From positions 61,841,516-61,905,515 of the forward strand of contig NC_081355.1 of the NCBI RefSeq assembly GCF_030684315.1: 64,000 nt of DNA, in the 5' to 3' direction. The DNA comes from Stegostoma tigrinum (Eukaryota). The translations under genes were made by a program, and so were the position numbers. The notes beneath the pieces are model-generated. The model was given only the letters and a program-made list of their open reading frames with translations, was not told the origin of the DNA and searched no databases. Positions 13,507-25,365 of this stretch are shown piece by piece (within the stretch, counting starts at the first letter, position 1; every line of letters begins with the position of its first letter).

Positions 13507-13716
13507 TGTTGTGATTGGACCAATCTCACTGACAATGAGATCCTTGATTGGGGTTGATAACCAGGGAGCCCAAGCTGACAGATATAAACAGGAGATTCAG
13601 AGACACTCCTGATCTAGGGACTGGCTCTGAGCTTGCTGGTCAGAGCCCATGTACTCTGCACATATAAATAAATTGTGGCTTGGTGACAGGATACTGGCAT
13701 AAATGCAGTTATTTTA
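13507..13716 (+). mobile_element. Probable solo LTR (copy 1)
   Basis: ~210 bp, starts TG, has TATA-like gatataaac and aataaa, flanked by ctaac/ctatc (possible 5-bp TSD, 4/5 match); second copy at ~38055-38272. Confidence 0.55.
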
Positions 13717-14254
13717 CTATCGTTATATAAATGCTTTGTCCAAACAAATAAAGAACCTTAAGTTTTGATATTTTACCATTATTGTGTACTTTGGTCCTAA
13801 TTTTAGTTAAACCGTTCTGCATACATTTCCACCTGTTTCCCCTCATCTTTACTATTCGCCTTTTCATTGTCATGTACCTGCTCTCATTCCTTTTGAGGTT
13901 TTTAAATCTTCACTTCACATAAACTTCATTTCACATCAAATTAACTTAACAAAGCTGAGTTAAGTTGATGAAACATGTGGCATGATACATTTACTCATCT
14001 GTGAAGAAACACTAGGCATGAGATGTATCTTTTTCACTTGAGGTGTTTATGTCTTTAATTGTAACTTTATTAACAAATCTGAACAGACACATAGAGCAAA
14101 GTTTTTGGACATGCTTGGAGCTTTGAGTAGGGTGAGCAGGGGAACTTTTTCATTGGGTAGGAGCCAAAAATCCAGTTTCCTAACTGTGGGGTGAAGCTTT
14201 TCTATTATTCTCAGAACACATTAGGCAGGTCAACTTCCTCAAACTGCATCATGA

Positions 14255-14390
14255 ATAAAAACAAAATGTTGTGGATGCTGGTAATCTGCAATAAACACTG
14301 AAAATACTGGAGAAAATCTGCAGGCCTGGCAGCATTTGTGGAGAGAGAAATAGAGTTAACACCAAGTCCATTATAATTCTTCTTCAGAAA
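14255..14390 (-). mobile_element. Degenerate PLE pseudo-LTR fragment
   Basis: gatgctgg..gcaggcctggcagcat..ttcttcagaa layout shared with the pLTRs; HHR decayed. Confidence 0.55.
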
Positions 14391-14785
14391 TGGGCTCTTC
14401 ATTGTGAACCTGCTTTGCACTTATTTGCATGTTATCAGTACTCATTAAGATATCCACCTGTTAGAATTATATTCATAGGCACAGTCTTATTAGCCAAAGC
14501 AGGAAACACTTGTTCACAAAAACAATTATGTACACATGAGACATGTACCTGGTGGGGAAGACTGCATCCTCCAAACTTAGTGTCTACAAACTTCTTTGTT
14601 GATTTGTCTTCTTCATAAACAAAGCTGTTTCTTTGTGTAAGGTATGAAGCCTGACTGGATCGACCAGTTCCTGAGAAGTTTCAGTCATACAGAGTTTGTT
14701 TTCTTGTAGTTAACTGCTTATAGTGTAAGTTGTGAAACCTCTCCATGTTCAACAACTTATGGAATGTCTAAATAATATCTCGTCT

Positions 14786-14981
14786 AAGATAATAAAATGT
14801 GAGGCTGGATGAACACAGCAGGCCAAGCAGCATCTCAGGAGCACAAAAGCTGACGTTTCGGGCCTAGACCCTTCATCAGAGAGCTTTTGTGCTCCTGAGA
14901 TGCTGCTCGGCCTGCTGTGTTCATCCAGCCTCACATTTTATTATCTTGGAATTCTCCAGCATCTGCAGTTCCCATTATCTC
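14786..14981 (+). mobile_element. PLE family A pLTR hairpin insertion (66-bp inverted arms around an HHR core)
   Basis: Arms 14786-14851 and 14882-14947 (1 mismatch); TSD taatatct[c/a]gtct at 14773-14785 and 14982-14994. Confidence 0.9.
14849..14882 (-). ncRNA. Minimal hammerhead ribozyme motif
   Basis: Minus strand: CU-CUGAUGA-A-GGGU(CUAG)GCCC-GAAAC-GUC^AGC; intact core, palindromic ACGU in place of stem III. Confidence 0.8.
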
Positions 14982-15494
14982 TAATATCTAGTCTGCTTTG
15001 TTATAGTTAAAATTGTCAGGAGAGAAGGCAAACTTGGCGCATGACCCTGTCCAACCAAAGCAGCCAAATCAGCTAATTCCAGCAGCTCTGACTGAGGCAT
15101 TCAAATGATTGCTGCTCAATTGAATTCAGCTCATGTGACACATTAGGGAGGGGAAGAGAAACCCGGAAACTGTGTATCAAGATTCAGTCACATCCCTTAA
15201 ATTAATTGCATTAAATTTGGTTTTCAGTATAGAGGATAGCATAAAACAATTAGATACTGTTCTCTTCAGCAAAAACAGTGTGACCTATTAATTAGGTGTG
15301 GTGCTAACATTCAGAACATCTCATCTGGGCTGGAGAGGAGCACATATACCCATATACAAATTGGCATCAGGTAAATAAACTTGCCTTAAGATTTCCCAGT
15401 ACCAGGAGCAGACTTCATTTGATCAATGATGGAGAACCATATAACTAAGGTTTTAGCTAGAACTTTAAACTAATTGGGGTGACTTTCCCCCCCG

Positions 15495-15836
15495 CCCCTT
15501 TATTCATTAACAGGATGAGGGTGTCACTGGCTAGGCAGCATTTATTGCCCAGTGGGCAGTTAAGAGTCAATCACATTGCTCTAGGGCTGGAGTCACATGT
15601 AGGTCAGAGCAGGTAAAGTTGGCAGTTTCCTTCCCTAAAGACATTAGTGAACCAGATGGGATTTTCCCCTGACAATTGACAGGGATTCACAGTCATCATT
15701 AGACACTTAATTCCAGATATTTATTGAATTCCAATTACGCCGTCTGCTGTGGTGGGATTCGAACGCAGGTCCAAAGAACACTATCTGGGTCTATAGATTA
15801 ACAGTCCAGTGACAATGCCACAAGGCCATCGCCTCC
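15495..15836 (-). mobile_element. tRNA-derived SINE, family 2
   Basis: Reverse-complement homologue of 50086-50447; B box (ttcgaatcc on the minus strand) and tail gggcaataaatgctg. Confidence 0.8.
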
Positions 15837-16245
15837 ACTGCAGGATGTTCCCGTGAGGCTGCCTGGCTGCTGTGTTCCTCCAGCTCCACACTGCATTGTC
15901 TCTGACACCAGCATCTGCAGTTCTTGCTATCTCTTTTCAGCATTGTCAACTGGTTTACTGACAAAGGATGTCAAGAAATTGTTCCAGCTATCTGCAGATG
16001 AATGAATAGCAATGCTGGAAGTTTTTTTGCATGACGAGAGAATGATAATTTATTTGTGCCATCTCAGTAGGCAGATGTGAGCAGTCACTCACCATTGAAA
16101 GACGTGCTTTGCCAATGGCACTAAAGTTCAGTGCAGTGATATCTGTACAGGTGTTTCTTGCCACTGGTTCCTTTCAAAACTCAATTAAAGACATCTGTGA
16201 CATCTCCCAGCCAATGGGCCACAAATAAAGTCAGACATTTACTGA

Positions 16246-17105
16246 GATAACAAAGTGTGGAGCTGGATGAACACAGCAGGCCAAGCAGCATCTCAGGAGC
16301 ACAAAAGCTGACGTTTCGGGCCTAGACCCTTTATCAGAGAGGGGGACGGGGAGAGGAAACTGGAATAAATAGGGGGAGAGGGGGAGGCGGACCGAAGATG
16401 GAGAGAAAACAAGACAGGTAGAGAGGAGAGATCTCTGATGAAGGGTCTAGGCCCGAAACGTCAGCTTTTGTGCTCCTGAGATGCTGCTTGGCCTGCTGTG
16501 TTCATCCAGCCTCACATTTTATTATCTTGGAATCTCCAGCATCTGCAGTTCCCATTATCTCAGGTAGAGAGGAGAGTATAGGTGAGGAGGTAGGGAGGGG
16601 ATAGGTCAGTCCAGGGAAGATGGACAGGTCAAGGAGGGGGGATGAGGTGGTAGGTAGGAAATGGAGGTGCGGCTTGAGGTGGGAGGAAGGGATGGGTGAG
16701 GGGAAGGACAGGTTAGGGAAGCCGAAGCAGGCTGTCTCTGCTTCCCTAACCTGTTCTTCCTCTCACCCATCCCTTCCTCCCACCTCAAGCCGCACCTCCA
16801 TTTCCTACCTACCACCTCATCCCGCCTCCTTGACCTGTCCATCTTCCCTGGACTGACCTATCCCCTCCCTACCTCCTCACCTATATTCTCCTCTCTACCT
16901 GTCTTGTTTTCTCTCCATCTTCGGTCCGCCTCCCCCTCTCCCCCTATTTATTCCAGTTCCCTCTCCCCATCCCCCTCTCTGATAAAGGGTCTAGGCCCGA
17001 AACGTCAGCTTTTGTGGTCCTGAGATACTGCTTGGCCTGCTGTGTTCATCCAGCTCCACACTTAATTATCTTGGATTCTCCAGCATCTGCAGTTCCCATT
17101 ATCAC
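16246..17105 (+). mobile_element. PLE family A inverted-repeat insertion (~335-bp arms) with a nested solo pLTR
   Basis: TSD tcagacatttactga at 16231-16245 and 17106-17120; left arm 16244-16430 plus 16577-16723 is the reverse complement of 16738-17071. Confidence 0.9.
16431..16560 (+). mobile_element. Solo PLE pLTR with intact HHR motif (core 16435-16462)
   Basis: Own 16-bp TSD caggtagagaggagag at 16415-16430 and 16561-16576; reads CUGAUGA-AGGGUCUAGGCCC-GAAAC-GUC^. Confidence 0.88.
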
Positions 17106-17530
17106 TCAGACATTTACTGATACTGTTTACAAAAAGCAATACAGTTTGTCGAGTTCATCTTGGATCCAGAGAGCCAAAGTGCCAGAATTATTAGATTTGC
17201 AGACAGCCATCATTATAATCCTTCAGGTCCATGCTACCAATGACTACATGCATAGCTCATTCAGAACTCCCAGGCATCATCCAGCCAAATTCCTGACGAG
17301 AAAGGGATTTCTCTCCCTCAATCTCCCAGTACATGGTGACTACAGGCAACAATTTCTGAAGGTGAGTATCAGCTATCCAGGGAGTGACCATAACCTAAGT
17401 GATGTTGTGCATTGTCCCAGCTTCCTTGCATGTTTGGCCTTTGCATCACCTACAGGATTGGCTCATGATTGAGTCCGGATATTCCTAGAAGGCATGGCAA
17501 ATGACCCCAGCAATTTCTATTATTATTAGA

Positions 17531-18910
17531 TATAAGAACATAAGAACTAGGAGCAGGAGTAGGCCATCTGGTTCCTCAAGCCTGCCCCGCCATTTATTAA
17601 GAACATGGCTGATCTTTTTGAGACTCAGCTCCACTTACACACCCACGCACCATAACCATTAATTCCCTTACTGTTCAAAAATTTATCTAGCCTTGCCTTA
17701 AAAACATTCAGCGAGGTAGCTTCAACCGCTTCACTGGGCAAGGAATTCCACAGATTCACAACCCTTTAGGTGAAGAAGTTCCTCCTGACCTCAGTCCTAC
17801 ATTTGCTTCCCTTTATCCTGAGGCAATGCTCTCTAGTCCTAGTTTCACCTGCTCGTGGAAACAACCTCCTTGCCTCCACCTTATCTATTCCCTTCATAAC
17901 CTTATATGTTTCTATAAATCTCCCCTCATTCTTCTGAATTACAATGAGTATAATCCCTGTCTACTCAGTCTTCCCTCATAATCCAACCCTGTCAACTCTG
18001 GAATCAACCTAGTGAATCTCCTCTACACTCCCTTCATGCTAGTGTATCTCTTCTGAAGTAAGGAGACCAAAACTACACACAGTATTCCAGGTGTGGCCTC
18101 ACTAGGACCCTATGCAGCTGCAGCATAGCCTCCGTGTTTTTGAACTCCATCCCTCTAGCAATGGCAGACAAAATTCCATTTGCCTTTTTAATTACCTGCT
18201 GTACCTGCAATCCTACTTTTAGCGATTCATGCACAAGGACACCCAAGTCCTTCAGCACAGCAGCGTGCTGCAATTTTTTTACCATTTAAAACATAGTCCA
18301 TTTTGCTGTTATTCCTACCAAAATGGTGACCTCATACTTATCAACATTGTACTCCATCTGCCAGACCTTTGCCCACTCACTTAGACTATCTATATCCCTC
18401 TGCGGACTTTCAGTGTCTTCTGCACACTTTTCTCTAACACTCATCTTAGTGTCATCTGCAAATTTTGACACAACACACTTAGTCCCCAACTCTAAATCAT
18501 CTATGTAAATTGTAAACAATGGCGGTCCCAACACTGATCCCTGAGGCACACCACTAGCCACTGACTGCCAACCAGAGAAACACCCATTTACCCCTCCTCT
18601 TTGCTTTCTACTGGTCAACCAACCCTCTATCCATGCCAATACATTACCTTTAATACTGTGCAACATTATCTTATGTGGCAGCCTTTGGTGTGGCATCTTG
18701 TCAATTGCCTTCTGGAAATCCAGATGCACCACATCCACAGGTTCGCCATTATCCACCATGTAAATAATGTCCTCAGAGAATTCCACCAAATTAGTTGAAC
18801 ATGACCTACCCTTCATGAAACCATGCTCGGTGTTACCAAAGGGACAATTTATATCCAGATGTCTTGCTATTCCTTCCTTAATGATAGATTCAAGCATTTT
18901 CCCCACTACT
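17531..18910 (-). mobile_element. 5'-truncated CR1 LINE, well preserved
   Basis: ORF 18286..18906 RT (HGFMKGRSCSTNL..LDFQKA..GVPQGSVLGP..KFADDTK); (gttcttat)n tail; closely similar to 52337-53715. Confidence 0.95.
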
Positions 18911-21900
18911 GGCTGCCAAAACCTGATTGTGCTAGATTTGAGGCCTGTTGATTTTGCATGAACTTTGTAGACACTGAGAAATACTGGATAATTATGGCAC
19001 AGAAGTGATCCTGATTTTGAGGAAATTCTTTCTTTTAAATATTAACTAATTAGATTACTTTGATTTTCACTGTAATGGAATTATTCACTTTCCACAACAA
19101 CTGGTTGCTCAGTTTCCTGGCAACAACGTCAGTATTGAGTTCTGCAGGCATAAATAGAAGCCCTCATAGTATGATTCAAACCATTGTTTACAAAGGACAT
19201 TCGTCTATTACTGGGAGGTAAAGGGGATGAAATATACTGATTACTGAAATCCAACCATGTAGGTTGCATTACTTTCAGAGGACAAGTGAATGATACCTTC
19301 AGCTTTCTTCGCGGTGCTGCTAATGATGTACATTTGAGTCCCTAGGCTAATCATTGACCCTCGAGGCAGACTACAAGGAAAACGCTGAGCAGTTAGAAGG
19401 TTTAACAGATTGATGAAAAGAATCTAGTGCAACATGCACATTTGCTTCAAATGTAATGTTTTCCCAAAGTGACTTTAATGTTGTTTAAAATTTTTCTTTT
19501 CCTACTACCACATCTTGGTATCACCACAGCAGCTGCAGTTGAGCCCTAGGAATCATGGTGACTGATTTGCCATTTGCCTCAGGTGACATTGGCAGCTGAC
19601 CTTTGTTGTGCCTATGCCTAGAGGGCTCTGGTATGTGACACACAGGTGCAAGAGCAACCTCTTTGGGCTAACCTGTTGGAGGCATCTAGGTCCCTAGCAG
19701 AAGGGATACAGTGCAGCAGGGCACCCACTGTATAATGCACCTTCCTTATCCCTCGAGGAAATAGGACATCTGAAGGGAAGCCAAGATCTCTTGAACCCTC
19801 TTCCATCCAAGCAATGAATTATAGCACCCGTGGCTTGAACAATGGAATAAAGGGTTTTAATGCATATCTGACAGATCCTGACTACTTTGCTGAGCCTGAT
19901 ATTTCATGGCAACCATCATCTGTTCCATGGATGCAGCTATGCACTTGCATGCTGGAGCAACAATATCAGGCTGAACTTGGAAAGAAACCTCTGCCCCTCG
20001 ATCCAGGCTGCATCTAATCACTGACACATCTGCTGCTTGCATCTGCATCCTATCAGTTCATTAAATGGCTGAGTGACTCAGTACAGTGACTCATCATCTG
20101 TACTGCACTCTCCAAGAGCCTGTTCTCCAAAAGTCTTCTGAATGTCAGAGAATTCAGATGTTTCTTCCTCCTGAAGCTGCATGCCGTGTCAGTATTATGC
20201 TGTCAGAATGTGACATCAGGTCCATACAGATACACAACCCACCAATATCTCTTGCCGTAATGGAGGTTGAGGAGGGATGATTTGATGGTGTTTTGTCTGA
20301 GGTCGTGGCTGTTCCTTCTTAGCAAGGCCTGTAAAGCAGTGTTAGAGATGGATTAAGGGTTGGAGCCCTTCTTGTTTTCTTTATCCTTGCTTGCAATTAG
20401 GATCCAGAGACTGCAGACAAAAACAAAGATTTGTTATTGGTGCAAGCCAATGCCCATATGCTTGGTTTGGAGACATTGCTGTTTCATGTGCAGGTGGGAG
20501 TAACTGCGTCGAGGTTTTTTTTCACTAGATGACTATAGATATTCATAGATGCAGTTTTTTGTTGCTCATCTGCCAGCTCAACAGTCTGCTCCTAAGGGAA
20601 TGAGAAGCCTTATGTTAGGCACTACCACTCTGTCTGTACCATCATGCTTACGCATATTTGGCTCCTGCAGAACAGATAAAGAATTAAGAAACATTAGTAT
20701 AGATAAATGAGCATTTTGCCTGCAGTGATAAATACAGACAGATCACAGATGTCGAGAGCTGTGATTGTCCCTGTCTGTTACTTATAAGCAAAATATGGTA
20801 TGGGGAAAGTTAGAAGTTAAAGGTTTTTTTCAGTGAAAGGTAATACAGCATCAAAGGGCTAAATGAAACTGAATAAAGCTTCATATGTTGTGTGTGGCTC
20901 ATAGTCCTGTAAGATTTTCATCCCAAAAACTTCTTTTGTGCTTGTTACTTTGTCTCATGCAAGTTTTTCAACAAAGACCATCAGATATGTGGGGTTTCTG
21001 TTAGCTGTGATGAAAAGACAGTGATACATTAGATAATGACTGTTATACGTGGTTATGTTTTGGCAAATGAGAGCCAGGCAGTAGCACTGTGGTGCAAGTA
21101 GTGCAACATTGGTAGAAAAGGAGTGATAGACATTAAACAAACATGAGGCATTTGATGAAGATGTCTCACATCTAATCTTGTTGTAACAATCCTACGCAGT
21201 GGTGTATTTATATTGTTAACCCATGTTCAAAGATACATAAATCATTAAGTAAACAATGGCACATAGCCTGCTGATGTACAGAAGATCATGCATCTTCTTG
21301 CAGACCAGACCCAGTATCTGATTCTTCCTTAGACCCTAACCTACATAGCCATCTTCGTTATTTGAGAGAGCATTTTGTTGCCATCCCTTAGAATTAATAC
21401 ATCCCACATTTCCCAGATGGTCTGCATGACAATATCTACAGAAGTGGCAATAAAGTGTGGAGCTGTCTTTTGGGAGGGTGTCTGACATCCAATAGAAACT
21501 GAATGGTGCTTTTGACTTGCAGTGCTGTTTTGGTTTCTTTTATATATGGTGCCTGAAAGTTGGAGCTGATAAAGGCCTGACATCTGGCCTGCCCACCCAT
21601 AAAATTTGGCATTGTAAGCATGCATCGATACGTTATGAGCCCAGAGAATCAGATCATATGGAAAAACATGGTTCTCCACCCTGCAAGCGTCCGCAGACTT
21701 CCATGCCCGCTTCAAGGCCTCGTCTTAAAGGAAGAACATTACGCCCATGCAGACCACTTTATGCTCTCACTTGCACACTTTTGAACAAAATTTAAATTCT
21801 GGGTCATCAGCTTTCAATTATATAAAAAAAATAAAAGTGACACTTGCACCACTATAGGGTCAGGCAGTGACCATTTCCAATGAGAGAATCTAACCATCTC

Positions 21901-21964
21901 TGAAACTCAAATTACTAAGACCTAATTTCCCACTATCATTATTATGGGAGTTATCATGGACCAC

Positions 21965-22230
21965 CCATATTATTGAAACATACAAGATTCTGAGGGACTT
22001 GCCAGGATAGACGTTGAGAAGATGTTTTCACTAGTATGGTAATTTTGATCTACAGGACAAATATAGAATAAGGGGAGACGCATTTAAAACTGTGTAATGA
22101 AGGAATTTCTTCTCCCAGAAGATCGCGAATGTCTAGAATTCTCATCCCTAGAGATCTGTGGAGAATAAATCACTGAAGGTATTTAAAGATTGACAGATTT
22201 ATAAAATATCAGGGGGTTGACAGCTCTGCT
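21965..22230 (+). mobile_element. CR1 3' fragment
   Basis: attgaaacatacaagattctgaggg (~IETYKIL.G) and ggaatttcttctcccagaag (~NFFSQ). Confidence 0.65.
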
Positions 22231-23084
22231 GCTATTAGGGGGAAATTTGGGTATGATGAGTTAACCTTTAAATCCTCAAGAAGTTTCAGCCAGGATTGCG
22301 ATGAGGTATAAACAGAAATTGCTAGAGAACCTCAGCAGGTCTGGCAGCATCAAAGGGAGAAAGAAAACTCTTGGTTTCAGATTTTCTGCATGCACAGTCC
22401 TTTTTTTAATTAAAATGAGGTGGAGTGTTTTGGTTAACTTCACAAGCAATGATCATATAAATCGTTTGAGATTCATTTCAAGAAAATAGTCAGGTTAAAA
22501 GAAATATTACTTAAACTGCATAAACATGCTTGGCTGCTGATGCAACAGACAAAGTCTCTGAAAACGCAACATGGCTGACCAGTATTAACTCTGAGGCCTT
22601 AATGGAATATGAGGATGAGCCTATACCACGCCTAGAACATCAAAGCGTTGGGGCTTGATCAAAGATGGGAATGAAGCGATAGCTGTTGGTAAGTTAGGGA
22701 GTGGTGAGATCAGGGGTAAACTGTGCCCTGCCACTTTTGGAATGTGTGAAAATCAAGGGTTTTGTCTAAAACAGACTATTTCAGAATTCAAGCAATGTAT
22801 TATCAATGCGATTTACAAAATATAAAGATTTGGTGAATCTTTGTTGAACTAAGAGTGTTACTTCAGCATTCTCTCTGAGGTAGACTCTCTCAACACTAAC
22901 TCAATGAATAGTTGTTCACATGTACCTTGAGGCTACTGAGATTATTTCATAAAATAATCTACCACAACACTGTACTAATGCAAAGAAAGTGAGGCCTGGG
23001 GCAGATCAGCCATGACTTTGTTGAATATTGGGGCAGGCATGAGGAACCAAATTGTCTATTCATGCTGCAAATGCTTAACATAAT

Positions 23085-23560
23085 ACTATAGCTCCAAGAA
23101 CAGGTCAGTGCTGCGAATTCTGCAGTAAATAACTAGCCTCCTGTTTCCCAATGACTGTCTACCATCTACAAGGCAGAAGTCAGGAGTAATGGAATACTCT
23201 CCACTGGCCTGGATGAGTCCAACTCCAAAAAACAATAAGTTTGACATCATTGAAAGCAAAGCAACCCATTTCATTGGCACCCCATCCACCAATTCAACAT
23301 TCATCATCTTCATCACCAATACACAATGGCAGTAGTCCATGCAATCTGCACGATGTACTGCAGCAACTCACTGCAGCTCCTTCAACAACACCTTCCAAAT
23401 CCAAAATCTTGAGCGCCTTGAAGGACAGAAGCAGCAAATACAGGGGAGCAGCATCACCTGCACTTTCCCCTCCAAACCACATGCCATCTGATTTGACAGC
23501 ATGCTGCAGTTCCTTCAATGTCATTAGGTGAAAATTCCCAAACTCCCTACCTAACAGCCT
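23085..23560 (+). mobile_element. LINE (CR1/L2 group, different family) ORF2 C-terminal fragment
   Basis: atctacaaggcagaagtcaggagt..atggaatactctccactggcctggatg reads IYKAEVRS.MEYSPLAWM, the LY...VRP.LEY...W LINE motif. Confidence 0.7.
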
Positions 23561-25024
23561 TTTACCTACCTCTTGGGCCTTCTTGATGTAGACTGGTTGA
23601 TCTCCCTTTTTAACTTCTTGTAGCCTTTGATCTTATTCTTTCATAATAAAAGGGAAAAACAATCAAATTACTATATTATATGTGAAAGTCTTATGTTTTA
23701 TTATATTTGTAAATAAAGCTTATATTATAGAATGTGCGGTTTAAATACCATATTACTCTGCAAACCAATGAATGGCATTAGTATCAACAACGATGCATCC
23801 ATAAATTGAATAATGTAATGCTACCAATCTGAAAAACAGAACACGGGTCTAATTTTTGGGTGGACCTGAATTTCAGTTGCCAGGATACCTGCCAGAAAAA
23901 AGCATGCACCAAATGAATTTGTGCCTAGGGAGGTCAAATGATCACAAAGAGTGCCAATGCCACCTTCTGTACACATTGGTGCTATCAGTTCTTGATCACA
24001 CCAAAAATGGCATATGTTAGGAGGCAGCAACATTTTAATGGATCCTTAGATGCTGGAATGATTTTGTAACGCACTTTGACATGATTTCTTCTAGCAATTG
24101 AACTATGGCCAGGAAAAAAAGTAGAAAGAGAAGCAATAAAAATCAGTACACTATTGCAATTGGAGGGAAAAAAATTGAGATACACAGCACAAATCTTTAT
24201 CCTTAAAAGTGGTGAACTCGTGGGAGATGGGATGGTGTGCCTGGAACGGGGCTATAGCATTATTAGTTCTATTAGTTCTGTGTAGAAAGTAAGAATTCAT
24301 TGTGTGGCCAAGATTGACAGGGTCTGGTGTATTATCCAGCTGGAATATGCTAAATATGAAATTTGTTGCTTGTGTTGCACAACAGAAAAGTATGAACATA
24401 TCTTCAACAAATGTTAGTACAATGGGAAATGATTGAGCCCAGAGTCAAAAGATGCATACAGAGACCAACCCTGAAAGGGAAAATTGTCTAATTATTCCCT
24501 GCCTTTTAGTTAGCTACGTCAAGACATATTCAGAGGATTAGTTTGAAAGCAGAAATGGGTATCTAAAAAGAAGAAAGCTTTTTGGTAAATCAAAAGTCGA
24601 AAAAAAAATCAGTAAACCATAGGAAATCAACTAGAAATGGAAAATGCCTGCAGTGACCAAGTTCAAGGTGAAAGATACTTAACCAAAAAGCAGAGAAATG
24701 GTAAACCGGAACAAGTGGATAACATGTGGACAAACAGGGAAATAATTTCGCAAAAGCCAAAAATAACTTGCATAGTCTAAGTAAGGAATTTTAACTGCCA
24801 GAACAGATGAATTCTTCTATTGGCGGCAAGTTGAAAAACACTGCAAAAAAATTAGGAAAATTAGGAAGCTGGCACCACCAGTTGACTTCCATAATTAATT
24901 TTAACACATCTGTCAACAAATGAAAAGCCCTATGGAACAGGTCTGAGATTTAAATATGTCAAATTTCATTATGTATCATTTTAATTCTAACTAATTCTAA
25001 ATGCATGTTTTTCCTGGGCTTTTT

Positions 25025-25365
25025 CTTTCACAATTTGGGTGTTGCTGGCATAGTCAGCATTTGCCCACCCCAAATTGCCCTGGAACTGAATTTTTGATAA
25101 GGCAATTTAGAGGGCAGTTAAGAGTCAAGCCTATTGCTCTAGATCTACACTCACATGTAGGCAACAACAGATAAAGATGGTGAATTTCTATCCCCGAAGT
25201 GCATTAATGAACCAGATATTTTCTCTTTGCAACAATTGACAATGATTTCATAATCTCCATAATGGAGATTAATTCAACACTAAGTGATTTTAACTTTTGT
25301 TCCTGAGCATCAGTGTGGACCTCTGGTATACGAGACTGGTGACTTCACCACAGTGTTACCACATC
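25025..25365 (-). mobile_element. Degenerate tRNA-derived SINE, family 2
   Basis: Shares gggcagttaagagtcaa and cattaatgaaccagat blocks with 15495-15836. Confidence 0.65.

Larger units (their letters stand above)
16040..17520 (+). pseudogene. Harbinger/HARBI1-like DDE transposase fossil, split by the PLE insertion at 16246-17105
   Basis: RALPMALKF..FLATGSFQNSIKDICDISQP before the insertion; FLTRKGFLSLNLPVHGD..YPGSDHN and GYS*KAWQMTP after it. These match the Harbinger F.A.GSFQ..ISQ, NRKG..S.N.Q..CD, PGS.HD and GY....WLMTP motifs. Confidence 0.8.

Noticed and set aside
16431-16560. Circular or tandem retrozyme monomer suggested by terminal ATCTC at both ends (also 51525-51655)
   Set aside because: Differs from the native upstream PLE sequence (CTCTCTGATGA) by a single base, and no head-to-tail tandem occurs in the window.
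16606-16856. Mirror-image 78-aa ORFs on both strands
   Set aside because: Artefact of the PLE inverted repeat over non-coding purine/pyrimidine-rich sequence.
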